A program made the position numbers and the translations under genes. 64,000 nucleotides of DNA, from contig CAJJAP010000001.1 of assembly GCA_905182185.1 (NCBI GenBank), positions 11,167 through 75,166 on the forward strand. Reading direction: 5' to 3'. The stretch is from an uncultured Candidatus Poseidoniales archaeon (lineage in GTDB: Archaea; Thermoplasmatota; Poseidoniia; Poseidoniales; Poseidoniaceae). Each line of letters starts with the position of its first letter. Within the stretch, counting starts at the first letter, position 1. This document shows positions 20,526 through 29,947 of this stretch, piece after piece. The notes beneath the pieces are model-generated. The model made no database searches. It was given only the letters and a program-made list of their open reading frames with translations, and was not told the origin of the DNA.

Positions 20526-21353
20526 TTACTCAATACCTTCAAGAATCAGTTTTTGAGCATCAAATAGGACCTCTAATCCGCCATCAGCACGTCCGAGCAG
20601 TGACGTCAACTCATCGCCAGAGAATGTTGCTTCTTCTCCAGTCCCTTGAATTTCAACATATTTTCCATCAGCTGTTTTGACGACATTCATGTCAACATCA
20701 GCATTAGAATCTAGTAAATAGTCTAGGTCTAGCCAAACTTCATGGTCAATTAATCCAACAGATATCGCAGCCAAATCATGTGGAATTACTGTGTTTTCGT
20801 GGTTTGTGGCCTCAATCTCAGATAATTTCGGGGCAACCCAATTGCCTTCCTTTTGTTGTTCAAAGGTTGGTCGAAGATCCTTTGGAAGACAAATTCCCTT
20901 GGCAATAAGTCTTCTAACCGCTAATCTTAATGCAAGGTTTGCTGCAGTGATCGAAGCACATCGAGTCCCTCCATCAGCATTTAGAACATCACAATCAACA
21001 TTGAGTGCGATTGGACCTAGAGCCTCTAAATCAACAGCGGCACGTAGTGAACGAGCAATAAGACGTTCAATTTCTTGAGTTCTGCCTTTTGCACCTCTTC
21101 TTTCACGGCGGAAGCGAGAATCGGTTGAACCAGGTAGAAGTGAATATTCAGCATGAACCCAGCCCTTTGAAGAATCTCTCGGAAACCAACCAGGTAGCCT
21201 TGATTCTTTTGTGACACATACTAGTATTACGGTGTCCCCTTGCCTGTAAAGAATTGATGCAAGTGCATTTGGTGTGAAATCTATCTCTACTTCAACATGT
21301 CTCATTTCGTCTTTTGCCCGAGTCGGTTCAAAACCGGTCTTGAATTTGCTCAT
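20526..21353 (-). CDS. rph: Ribonuclease PH (bacterial-type) with an internal insertion
   Basis: Contains GWVHAEYSLLPGST, GRTQEIERLIARSLRA and DCDVLNADGGTRCASIT blocks. There is an extra ~35 aa after LIAKG. Confidence 0.75.
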   Translation of the reverse strand: MSKFKTGFEPTRAKDEMRHVEVEIDFTPNALASILYRQGDTVILVCVTKESRLPGWFPRDSSKGWVHAEYSLLPGSTDSRFRRERRGAKGRTQEIERLIARSLRAAVDLEALGPIALNVDCDVLNADGGTRCASITAANLALRLAVRRLIAKGICLPKDLRPTFEQQKEGNWVAPKLSEIEATNHENTVIPHDLAAISVGLIDHEVWLDLDYLLDSNADVDMNVVKTADGKYVEIQGTGEEATFSGDELTSLLGRADGGLEVLFDAQKLILEGIE

Positions 21354-21437
21354 GCCGAGGCGAGTCGGTTTGCTTCATCAAGGCTTCTCATGGTAATTAT
21401 TGTTTAACATCACATTGAAAGGTATGCTTTTACTCGG

Positions 21438-22637
21438 ATGGTTATGCCCCTACCTCGTGTTGCCATATGTGCAGTCGCCCGTACACCGATTGGTAAGTTC
21501 ATGGGAACTCTATCCACTTTTTCAGCGGTTGAGTTAGGAATTCTCAGTGTCAAAGAATTATGCGACAGGATGCAAATTGACGCCGCATCAGGAATCGTTG
21601 ACGAGTTAATTTTTGGGCAAGTTTTGCAGGCAGGTGCAGGTCAAAACCCTGCGCGGCAAGTCGCTTTAGGAGCGGGATTACCTGTTTCAACTCCTTGTAT
21701 GACTTTGAACAAAGTGTGTGGCTCATCCCTAAAAGCAGCAATGACGGCAGCAAATAGTATTCGTGCTGGCGAGTATAATGTGATTATTGCTGGAGGGATG
21801 GAGAGCATGACCAATGCACCTCAGTTGTTAATGGGTCAGAGGTCTGGTAAGAAAATGGGAAATTCCAAACTCATAGATTCAATGGTTCATGATGGACTTT
21901 GGGATGTTTATGACAATGTTCACATGGGCAATACTGGGGAGACAGTAGCACAAGAAAGTTCAATCTCTCGTCAAGATTCTGACAACTTCGCAGTAAGGTC
22001 TCAACAAAAAGCAGCAACTGCATGGGAAAACGGATGGTTTGATTGGGAAACCTTTAGCATCGAAATCCCGCAAAGAAAGGGTGTTCCAATACAATTTTCA
22101 CAAGATGAAGGGGTTCGCGCTGGCACCACTGCAGAATCATTAGCAAATCTAAAGCCAGTATTCAACAAAGAAGGGCAAGTAACAGCAGGTAATGCAAGTA
22201 CAATTAATGATGGAGCAAGTGCAATCTTGTTGGCCAATGCTGATTTTGCTAAGCAACAAGGCTGGGAAATAATCGCTTATGTTGAAGATTATGTGACATC
22301 TGGTGTTGAACCATCCCGGGTCATGAGTGCGCCGATTCCAGCAGTAAAAGACCTCTTGAAAAGAAATAATTTAGAGGTTTTGGATGTAGATATTTATGAA
22401 CATAATGAAGCCTTTGCAAGTGCTTCATGCGCAGTTGCCAAAGAAGTCGGAATCCCTGATGATAGATTCAATCTCCATGGTGGCGCAGTTGCCTTAGGAC
22501 ACCCATTAGGTTCAAGCGGAACAAGATGTTTGATCACAATGCTTGGAGTCATGCGCAGAACCGGTGGCAAATCAGGAATTGTAACCCTGTGCTTGGGCGG
22601 CGGAAATGCAGTTGCAATGCTCGTTTACAAGGAATAA
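21438..22637 (+). CDS. Acetyl-CoA C-acetyltransferase (thiolase)
   Basis: Contains NKVCGSSLKA (active-site Cys), NEAFAS, GHPLGSSG and CLGGGNAVAM. Confidence 0.9.
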   Translation: MVMPLPRVAICAVARTPIGKFMGTLSTFSAVELGILSVKELCDRMQIDAASGIVDELIFGQVLQAGAGQNPARQVALGAGLPVSTPCMTLNKVCGSSLKAAMTAANSIRAGEYNVIIAGGMESMTNAPQLLMGQRSGKKMGNSKLIDSMVHDGLWDVYDNVHMGNTGETVAQESSISRQDSDNFAVRSQQKAATAWENGWFDWETFSIEIPQRKGVPIQFSQDEGVRAGTTAESLANLKPVFNKEGQVTAGNASTINDGASAILLANADFAKQQGWEIIAYVEDYVTSGVEPSRVMSAPIPAVKDLLKRNNLEVLDVDIYEHNEAFASASCAVAKEVGIPDDRFNLHGGAVALGHPLGSSGTRCLITMLGVMRRTGGKSGIVTLCLGGGNAVAMLVYKE

Positions 22638-22711
22638 TCAACTATATAATGTTTCATTATTGCCCCTTTTTAACTGATGGTGCTAAATAGGGTAGGCAGG
22701 CGGGCACAGAC

Positions 22712-24791
22712 ATGGACACTGAAAATGTTACATTCGCTGACCTCGGCGTGGACCCAAAGGTCGTACGTGTTTTACAGTCCCAGGGCATCCTTTCTCCCTT
22801 TGAAGTACAACTTGCAGCTATACCAGATGGAATGGCTGGAAGGGACATTTGTTGTCGTGCTCCAACAGGGTCTGGTAAGACTCTTGCATTCGGACTTCCG
22901 CTATTGTCAAAGACGACCGAATCAAAACCATTCTGTCCAACTTCTCTGATTCTAACTCCAACTCGTGAACTTGCAGAACAAATTTACAATGTATTAGAAC
23001 CTCTTGCATGGGAACTCAAATTGTACGTACTTGCAGTTTATGGTGGTGTGTCGTACACCAAGCAATTCAAAGCACTCGACCGTGGTGTCGATGTTTTGGT
23101 AGCGTGCCCAGGTCGATTATTGGATTTGATTGATAGAGGAAATGTATCACTTCAAGATGTCAATTGTGTCGTTCTTGACGAAGCGGACAGAATGGCTGAC
23201 ATGGGATTCATGGAACCAGTTTGTAAGATTCTTAATATGTGTAAAAAGGATAGGCAAACCATCCTTTTCAGTGCAACCTTGGATGAAGAAGTTGCAGACT
23301 TGGTTAGAGATTACCAAACAGATCCTGTAACAATTGAAGTTGGACCAAAGGAAGTTTCAATGGAATCAATGCAACATCTCTTTTGGATGATGCCAGGTGC
23401 AAAGAAAGGGCCAGTGAGTGCTGAATTAATTCGAAAAACTGGTCGCGCTATTGTATTCTGCCGAACTCGTGCAGGTGTTGATAGAGTTGGAGATGAATTG
23501 GAGTACGATGGTGTTTCAGTTGAAACATTACATGGTGGATTAAGCCAACATAACAGAGATAGAGCCATGGAACGATTCCAGCACGGAGAAACAATGGCTC
23601 TAGTGGCGACAGATGTAGCTGCTAGAGGTATCGATGTTGCCGGCGTAAATTGTGTAATTCATTATGACCCACCAGAAAATGGTAAGGCCTACAAGCACCG
23701 AAGTGGAAGAACTGCTCGTGCTGGTACATCTGGAGTTGTAGTCTCTCTCGTTCAAAAACCTCAGAAGAGGTCTTATGTCCGAATTCAACAACAAGTTGGA
23801 ATTAGATGTAATTTCGATCCTCCAGAGTTTTCTGATATTCCTGAATTCGAAGTAGAGTTTATCGCACCAAAGGCAAAATCATATGGACGTCAAGGTTCTA
23901 ATTCTAGAAATGATAACGGTGGAAGGCATAACCGCAGCAATAACGACCGAGGTGGAAACCGAGGTGGCTACAGAGGCGGCGGTGGCGGAAGAGATTCTGG
24001 ACGCGGCGGCGGTGGCTACAGAGGCGGCGGCGGCGGAAGAGATTCTGGACGTGGCGGCGGCGGTGGCTACAGAGGCGGCGGCGGTGGAAGAGATTCTGGA
24101 CGCAGCGGCGGTGGCTGGCTATGGTGGCGGCGTGACGGCGGAAGAGATTCAGGACGCAGCAGCGGTGGCGGTGGCTACAATGGCGGCGGTCGAGACGGCG
24201 GAAGAGATTCTGGACGTAGCGGCGGTGGCGGTGGTACGGTGGCGGCGGCGGTGGCTACAGAGGCGGCGGCGGTGGAAGAGATTCAGGACGCAGCGGCGGC
24301 GGGGCTACAAGGCGGCGGCGGAGGAAGAGATTCGGACGTACAATGGCGGCGGTCGAGACGGTGGAAGAGATTCTGGCAATGGAGGATACCGTGGTGGTGA
24401 CAGAAATTCATACCAAGGTCGTGACAGTGGCAGAGATTCTGGCCGTGGTGGAGACAGAGATTCTGGCCGTGGTGGAGACAGAGGCGGAAACCAAAATGAT
24501 AGATCCAATTCCAATCAAGGTGATAGAGCACCTAAACAGGATAATAGAGAGCCTGCTAAAGCAAAACAGGATAAGTCTAGTTCCAACAAGGAATCAAGCA
24601 GTAGTGGCTATCGTGGAGAAGCAAAAGGTAGAACTTACACTCCAACACATTCTGAAAAGAAGGGATTCTTAGGTGGGAGAAGACCACTCACTCGTGATCA
24701 ATTACGCAACAGACCAGAGCACACACGCGAAGGCGGTCGTGGTGGGAAAGTTGCTAGTAAGCGTAACAAGCATGCACAAAAAGATGATTGA
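22712..24791 (+). CDS. DEAD-box RNA helicase with a long C-terminal GGRDSGR/RGG-like repeat tail; the frame is broken several times inside the repeats
   Basis: Contains APTGSGKT, PTRELA, DEADRM, SAT, ARGID and HRSGRTARAG. The tail is spread over ORFs 22712..24400 and 23883..24791, which share the repeat region. The sense reading resumes as YNGGGRDGGRDSGNGGYRGG... and runs to the stop at 24791. Confidence 0.85.
23940..24490 (+). repeat. G-rich coding tandem repeats (GGRDSGR[GS]GGGGY units)
   Basis: The unit ggaagagattctggacg[cgt]...ggcggtggctac recurs. A 53-nt stretch at 24184-24236 matches the reverse complement of 49541-49593 at all but 2 positions (manual comparison). Confidence 0.85.
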
Positions 24792-24792
24792 A

Positions 24793-25443
24793 TCAATCTC
24801 TTTGTAAGTGGATTCTAACAACTCTTGCTTGTCCCTTGTGTAGCGCTGATTCATCGAGAACAGTGCTTGTAATCGCAGTATGAATAATGTTCATTTGGGG
24901 TGCTTTTTCACCAACTAATTCGCCTAATACTTCATCCAAGTCGAATAATAAATCAAGTGATTTCGGACCACCACTATGCAAAGGCATTTGGCTTGTATGA
25001 TAACCTTCCATAACGAAATGGCCACCACTTTTCAGTGAATGCAACATTCTCGGCATGTGGACTTTTCTTATCTCACTGGGTGTATGAAACCATGAACAAG
25101 CGATTAGATCATACGACTGTTGTGGAAATACTCTCAAAGCTAAATCATCAACTTCATAATCGACAGTAACTGCATGTTCTTGTGCTAATAGGTGGCATTT
25201 TTGTTTGCCGACAACCGATAGGTCAAACACTTCGCTATTCCAACCAATTCTCGCAGCCCAAACTGCATTTCGACCCTCGCCATCAGCAGGGAATAGTGCA
25301 CGATTATTAGGGGGTGGGTCGATTTGAGAAACACGTTCACTCAACCAAATATTTGCTTCTTTGCCATATGCATATTCATCTGAAGAAAAGCGCTCATCCC
25401 ACATTTCTCCACCGCTTTTGATTTTATCGTCAGTCATTTTCAC
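24793..25443 (-). CDS. Class I SAM-dependent methyltransferase, substrate unknown
   Basis: Has a Rossmann-type motif I region (ALFPADGEGRNAVWAA) and an acidic motif II (VFDLS). Its size and layout resemble TehB/type-11 methyltransferases. Confidence 0.55.
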   Translation of the reverse strand: MKMTDDKIKSGGEMWDERFSSDEYAYGKEANIWLSERVSQIDPPPNNRALFPADGEGRNAVWAARIGWNSEVFDLSVVGKQKCHLLAQEHAVTVDYEVDDLALRVFPQQSYDLIACSWFHTPSEIRKVHMPRMLHSLKSGGHFVMEGYHTSQMPLHSGGPKSLDLLFDLDEVLGELVGEKAPQMNIIHTAITSTVLDESALHKGQARVVRIHLQRD

Positions 25444-27614
25444 TCCTCCTCTTGTTCAATTTGCTTGGGTGGTGAAAAGATTCCATGGTCTTCAATAATT
25501 TGACCAGAACCTGGCAGAATACCAAGAATATCATCGGTCATCAATCCTGTATTCTTGTAAATCTGATTAGCAAGTTGTTCTTTTTTAGTTAATCCTGGTG
25601 AAAGAATTGCATACCTTTTACAGATATTTTTGATAGTAGCAGGTGTTGCACCCATCAATAATGGAACTCCATTGATTGCGACAATTCCAATGCCGATTCG
25701 AACATCTAAATCCTTGAACCATGTGCGCTGCCCTCTAACAATAAATGCTCCTTTACCAACGAATTCCCCAGTGTTAGCAGTCTTTGAAACTTGAGCAGGC
25801 TTAACCGAATAAACAGTTCCATGTGCCCCTCCTCCTGCCCATGCACGACTCCAACAAAGTGCCATTGTAGCAGCCTCAAGTAATTTATCATCATCAAGAG
25901 CAGAATCCTCTAATTTATCTGCAACGCGAAAAGCAGGGATGTCATCTGGAATATGTGCAGGTTTTTGTTGGTCAACAATAAATCCTTGAGCTGAACGTAA
26001 ACTGCACGAAGGAGCACCATGTATGTCTGCATGTAAGTACAGGTCATTTACTGACAGGTGTCTTTTGACAACGGAATCATTACCTTTGGCATCCTTGCCT
26101 CCAACTAGTAAATGGCCACCGGAAATCATTGACCAGCGATGTGTTTCAAACCAAAACCTCTTGCTACGTTTAATTCGGTTTAACTTCCCAGTTGCTTCCG
26201 CTTTGGTTTCTTTTTTCTGAGCTGTTTTTAATCTGGTAACAGTTTCTTTGAGTGCATCGACTGCACCCTTATTCTTATTCTTCTGTTTTCTTGCAGATGC
26301 AAAATGTCGTTGAGAGTTTTGATGTACTGTTTCATCAAGTGATAATGTTGCTTGTGGGCCATTTGGATGACCATCTTCATCAGGGAGTATAGTGACAAAA
26401 GTCCTCTCAGCAGCATTCACAGAAACAATCCAAGCAATTTCTTTTATTGCCTTTTTTGTCGCTTTCCAACCTTGAACCTCAACAGCCTCATCAACTTGTG
26501 ATAATAATGATTCAATATGAGTCCAATTTTCTTGAATCATATGGCCAAGAGCCTGTTGTTTGTCTATTTTTTCTGAAAAAGAAATCATAGAACTCTCTTG
26601 TTGAACAAGCCTTCTTTGCAATCTCTCAACATCGGTTGAATGACCTCTTCCCGGAGCAGCAATATCCATTTTTTCAGCCTCTCGCCTTGCTAACGCTGCC
26701 GAGTCGTGAGAACCTCTCCAAGCATCGACAGCAGCCCCAAGAGTGTCAAAACGAACCGATACCCTATCAGCATGAGACGGTAGTAAAATCGGCGTTGCTT
26801 CCTCTGCATGTAACTCTAGGAATCTATCACGGATAACGCCCATAATCTGTTTATCTGCTACAGCCTGTAATTCCTCAACAGGAACTTCATCACTTGGCTT
26901 CAGAATTAAGAACCCTGAATTGCTATTTGATAGGTCGTTTAGCAACTCGTGTAATGCAGAATGAACCTTACCAATATCGGCATCTTCTGCCTCCATGTTT
27001 GGTTGATGACCTGCAAGTTGGCAAATAGCATTGGCATGAGTTCCACCGAGGTTTAATTTGCCTCCAAGGGTTGAAACTAGATCTCTATCCGTGTCCTTAA
27101 ATAATTCAGTTAACCCTTGTTCATCGAGTGAAAATGGATTTATCGCAGCGGGAGGGGGGGTATATTCAAAACCCTTTTTGAGAGTTCTTCCTGCATAAGC
27201 CGCATGAGTAAGGGGCTGAATAATAATTCCTTCTTGATCAACCAAAATGATATTTCCATCTCTAAAAACTTCTACGTAAATGTGTCTCGTACCAAATTTA
27301 GTCTCAAAATCAAATGATAATACACGGTCAAAGCCAAGTTGTCTTACTCCGGTGAAGCGTGAATTTTTGAGGTGCTTTCGCAGTAACATAGCGAATGGTG
27401 GTGGCGTCATTGGCATAGGGCGGTCGCGGTTTGAAGTGTAAATTCGTGAACCTCTAACAAAGACTAAATCGAATTGGTCCATTTCTTTAGGATTGATTCG
27501 AAGGACTATTTGCTCATAATGAGGCATGTACGCCTTCTTGACATATGCATTAGTGCATTTGTTCAATTCGTTGGCCATTGCAAATAGGTCAAAACCGCTC
27601 ATCGCCTCCTTCAT
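25440..27614 (-). CDS. NFACT-family protein (archaeal Rqc2/RqcH/FbpA homologue, ribosome quality control)
   Basis: The N-terminal NFACT-N pattern reads MSGFDLFAMANEL...FTGVRQLGFDRVLSFDF...IYVEVFRDGNIILVD. A central coiled coil follows. The C-terminal NFACT-R/DUF814-like block reads GGKDAKGNDSVVKRHL..LYLHADIHGAPS. Confidence 0.8.
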   Translation of the reverse strand: MKEAMSGFDLFAMANELNKCTNAYVKKAYMPHYEQIVLRINPKEMDQFDLVFVRGSRIYTSNRDRPMPMTPPPFAMLLRKHLKNSRFTGVRQLGFDRVLSFDFETKFGTRHIYVEVFRDGNIILVDQEGIIIQPLTHAAYAGRTLKKGFEYTPPPAAINPFSLDEQGLTELFKDTDRDLVSTLGGKLNLGGTHANAICQLAGHQPNMEAEDADIGKVHSALHELLNDLSNSNSGFLILKPSDEVPVEELQAVADKQIMGVIRDRFLELHAEEATPILLPSHADRVSVRFDTLGAAVDAWRGSHDSAALARREAEKMDIAAPGRGHSTDVERLQRRLVQQESSMISFSEKIDKQQALGHMIQENWTHIESLLSQVDEAVEVQGWKATKKAIKEIAWIVSVNAAERTFVTILPDEDGHPNGPQATLSLDETVHQNSQRHFASARKQKNKNKGAVDALKETVTRLKTAQKKETKAEATGKLNRIKRSKRFWFETHRWSMISGGHLLVGGKDAKGNDSVVKRHLSVNDLYLHADIHGAPSCSLRSAQGFIVDQQKPAHIPDDIPAFRVADKLEDSALDDDKLLEAATMALCWSRAWAGGGAHGTVYSVKPAQVSKTANTGEFVGKGAFIVRGQRTWFKDLDVRIGIGIVAINGVPLLMGATPATIKNICKRYAILSPGLTKKEQLANQIYKNTGLMTDDILGILPGSGQIIEDHGIFSPPKQIEQEEE

Positions 27615-27746
27615 GCTCCCGCCTCCATACTTCGCTAGGTGGCTAGGGGTCTTGAACTCTCAGCCCATCATTATCAGTATAGGTCGCAAAATATTGGTTG
27701 AATAACACCGTCATGCCTTGATTAAATTATTTTCAATAGTCTATTT

Positions 27747-29255
27747 TCAAACAATTTTCCAATTGTGATCTTCCTCAACTACCTTTCCATCTCTTTGGTG
27801 AGAGAGCAGATGTGACAGGGTTTGGTCTTGGGCTAGAAGAGGATGTGCATCTGGGCTATCTTGGTATGCAACTACAGAGATTTGAGCAAGTTTATTATTT
27901 CCAGCAGCTACAGCATCAAGCACTCTTTGATGGCGAGCAGCCCTATGTTGAAGGTAATATTTCAGTTTCTTTTCTGGTAGTGGAATTACTGGTCCATGAC
28001 TTGGAAAAATCAAATGTGGTTTCAAATCAATAAGGCGTTGTAATTGCTGTAAATATTGGTCCATATCTCCTTCACTTGGAGGTATCAGGATGGTGCCAAT
28101 ACCCGCTACCATGTCGCCAGCGACTAAACCAGCATCTCCGAGCAAGCATATGTGACCAGGGTGATGACCTGGTGTTTGCAACACCTGCCATTTTTGTTCC
28201 CCGAGTTGCAACATTTCTCCATCATGCAATATGCGTTGGCATGGAATCTGTTCTGATGTTTGTTGACTACCCCAAATTGGTACATCAAATGCTTCTCTTA
28301 ACAAATCAAAGTCACCTAAATGATCACTATGAGGGTGGGTAAATACAATGGCTAGTAAATTACCATTATGCCGTTCAACAGCAACTGCTAAATCCTCCAT
28401 TCCCTCTCGCATTCTGGCAGCAGGGTCAACTAATACGAAGTCACCTTCTGGGTCACCGATAAGGTAGGAGTTAGTGTGATCTGCAGGTGGTAATGTTGCT
28501 GTTTTTACAGGAACGACTTCGACTCCATACGCAAATAAGATTGAACGGCGACCTATCTGTCGTTTTTCCATTTCCTCAGCAGATGAGTCCATATCACCAC
28601 CAAATTGCGCCAGAGTGCGTTTCAATTGCATCATCAGAGTGACAACTGGTGGAGCAATTTTCATTTCGTGCGCCTTCCATTTTAGCAACAACTGATCAGC
28701 GCTTTGCCAAGTGAATTCGACAAATTCAGTTTGTCCTACTATACTTGGTTGCGGAACTTCTTGTGAACTTCCGCCATGAATGTGGAGGAAAGTATTCTCA
28801 AATAACACAGGCCCGAATGGAGGGGTGGTACGTGATGAAATATGACGTATCCCACTTGTATCACATGGAATATTCCCTTGTTTTACCTGTGGCAGCCAGT
28901 TCGCCTTATCTGCAACAACGAGGCTTCTCGCAGCATCATCGACCACGATAATTTTTCCATCAACACAGGCGAAGCCTAGTTCCTCAACAATCTCTCGCAT
29001 AATAGCAGCAAAAGCAGCAGCATTTGGTCCATCTAATTGTTCCAGTTCCTCAACTGCCAACTTATCAACGCGAGATAACCCACCACCAGGAAACGCCCAA
29101 TAACCCGGAAAAGCAGGCATCGACTCGGCCCTTCTACCGAGTAAGACCTCAACTCCATTGGAACCATCACGGGTGATCATCATAGTTGCAGAAGGTCTAA
29201 TTTTACGTGAGACAGAATCCATCTTGACACCCTTAGGAACTTCGCTCATGGTCAA
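27747..29255 (-). CDS. Nudix-like N-terminal domain fused to an MBL-fold metallo-hydrolase
   Basis: The Nudix-box remnant is PGGGL...REIVEELGF, with an insertion. The MBL motifs are THPHSDHLG, HHPGH and GD. Confidence 0.6.
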   Translation of the reverse strand: MTMSEVPKGVKMDSVSRKIRPSATMMITRDGSNGVEVLLGRRAESMPAFPGYWAFPGGGLSRVDKLAVEELEQLDGPNAAAFAAIMREIVEELGFACVDGKIIVVDDAARSLVVADKANWLPQVKQGNIPCDTSGIRHISSRTTPPFGPVLFENTFLHIHGGSSQEVPQPSIVGQTEFVEFTWQSADQLLLKWKAHEMKIAPPVVTLMMQLKRTLAQFGGDMDSSAEEMEKRQIGRRSILFAYGVEVVPVKTATLPPADHTNSYLIGDPEGDFVLVDPAARMREGMEDLAVAVERHNGNLLAIVFTHPHSDHLGDFDLLREAFDVPIWGSQQTSEQIPCQRILHDGEMLQLGEQKWQVLQTPGHHPGHICLLGDAGLVAGDMVAGIGTILIPPSEGDMDQYLQQLQRLIDLKPHLIFPSHGPVIPLPEKKLKYYLQHRAARHQRVLDAVAAGNNKLAQISVVAYQDSPDAHPLLAQDQTLSHLLSHQRDGKVVEEDHNWKIV

Positions 29256-29335
29256 AGCAAAGCACGCCGTCCTTCAATGATTTCCATTAATGGCCTCAAA
29301 GCCAATTTGAAGTGAGAGTAACGCTTGGGCTTGTT

Positions 29336-29527
29336 ATGGCGGATACAATAGAGGAGGAACTAGCCCTTCTTGCAAGAGTTGTAGATGAGGCTGAAAGAAT
29401 GGGTATTGACCCATGGCCAAAGTCCAAGCCACAGAGGCCTTGGGCAAAATATGCAATCGCTTCTTTTATGGTAATAATGATGCTGAGTTGGGTTTCAAAA
29501 ATATTATTTAGATTCATAAACGTCTAG
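29336..29527 (+). CDS. Small tail-anchored membrane protein, function unknown
   Basis: MADTIEEELALLARVVDEAERMGIDPWPKSK... is followed by the TM helix YAIASFMVIMMLSWV. ATG 29336 lies within listed ORF 29312..29527. Confidence 0.4.
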   Translation: MADTIEEELALLARVVDEAERMGIDPWPKSKPQRPWAKYAIASFMVIMMLSWVSKILFRFINV

Positions 29528-29535
29528 TTAAATGG

Positions 29536-29807
29536 TAGCCCCCCTCGGACCTTAAGAATGACCAGCATCAAGCGATTCATTCGCAGGTCTAGCGTGAACT
29601 GAACAAATTGTAGCAATATGACTGTTCACGCGAAGGTGTGGAACTAATGCCTTGAATTGATTGATAACAGATAGCCCCCCTCGGACCTTAAGAATGACCA
29701 GCATCAAGCGATTCATTCGCAGGTCTAGCGTGAACTGAACAAATTGTAGCAATATGACTGTTCACGCGAAGGTGTGGAACTAATGCCTTGAATTGATTGA
29801 TAACAGA
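29536..29807. repeat. Perfect tandem duplication (2 x 136 bp), each unit beginning with the terminal 14 nt of tRNA-Gln
   Basis: Units 29536-29671 and 29672-29807 read identically. Both start with tagcccccctcgga, which is the complement of TCCGAGGGGGGCTA at the 3' end of the adjacent tRNA (29808-29821). Confidence 0.9.
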
Positions 29808-29880
29808 TAGCCCCCCTCGGATTTGAACCGAGGTCGGCGGGATCAGAACCCACCATGATGGACCACTACACTAGGGGACT
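29808..29880 (-). tRNA. tRNA-Gln (CTG), no encoded CCA
   Basis: The reverse complement is AGTCCCC-TA-GTGT-AGTGGTCCA-TCAT-G-GTGGG-TTCTGAT-CCCGC-CGAC-CTCGG-TTCAAAT-CCGAG-GGGGGCT-A. The acceptor, anticodon and T stems pair, and the D arm is typical of archaeal Gln/Glu tRNAs. Confidence 0.85.
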
Positions 29881-29947
29881 ATGCTCCTTCCGATTAGCCA
29901 TCACTTCTTCAATTAAACGGTGTAGATATTAGATTTTTTTATTCTGC

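Noticed and set aside
23883-24791. ORF 23883..24791 as an independent 302-aa gene
   Set aside because: Its first two thirds (VATEAAAAEEILD...) are an off-frame reading of the helicase repeat tail. Only its last third is in the sense frame. It is best treated as the 3' continuation of the helicase after frame errors.
24793-25443. The methyltransferase next to the RGG-tailed helicase as a protein arginine methyltransferase
   Set aside because: Its position is tempting, but the gene is convergent rather than co-transcribed. Its motif I region and size look like generic TehB/type-11 methyltransferases, not PRMT (no VLDVGxGxG/THW-type blocks seen).
29552-29752. A 66-aa ORF spanning the 136-bp tandem repeat
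   Set aside because: The repeat period is not a multiple of three, so the two units are read in different frames. The ORF has no start context. Non-coding repeat is the better explanation.
29536-29807. Possible CRISPR array
   Set aside because: There are only two long (136-bp) identical units with no unique spacers, and no cas genes nearby. The shared 14-nt core belongs to the adjacent tRNA.
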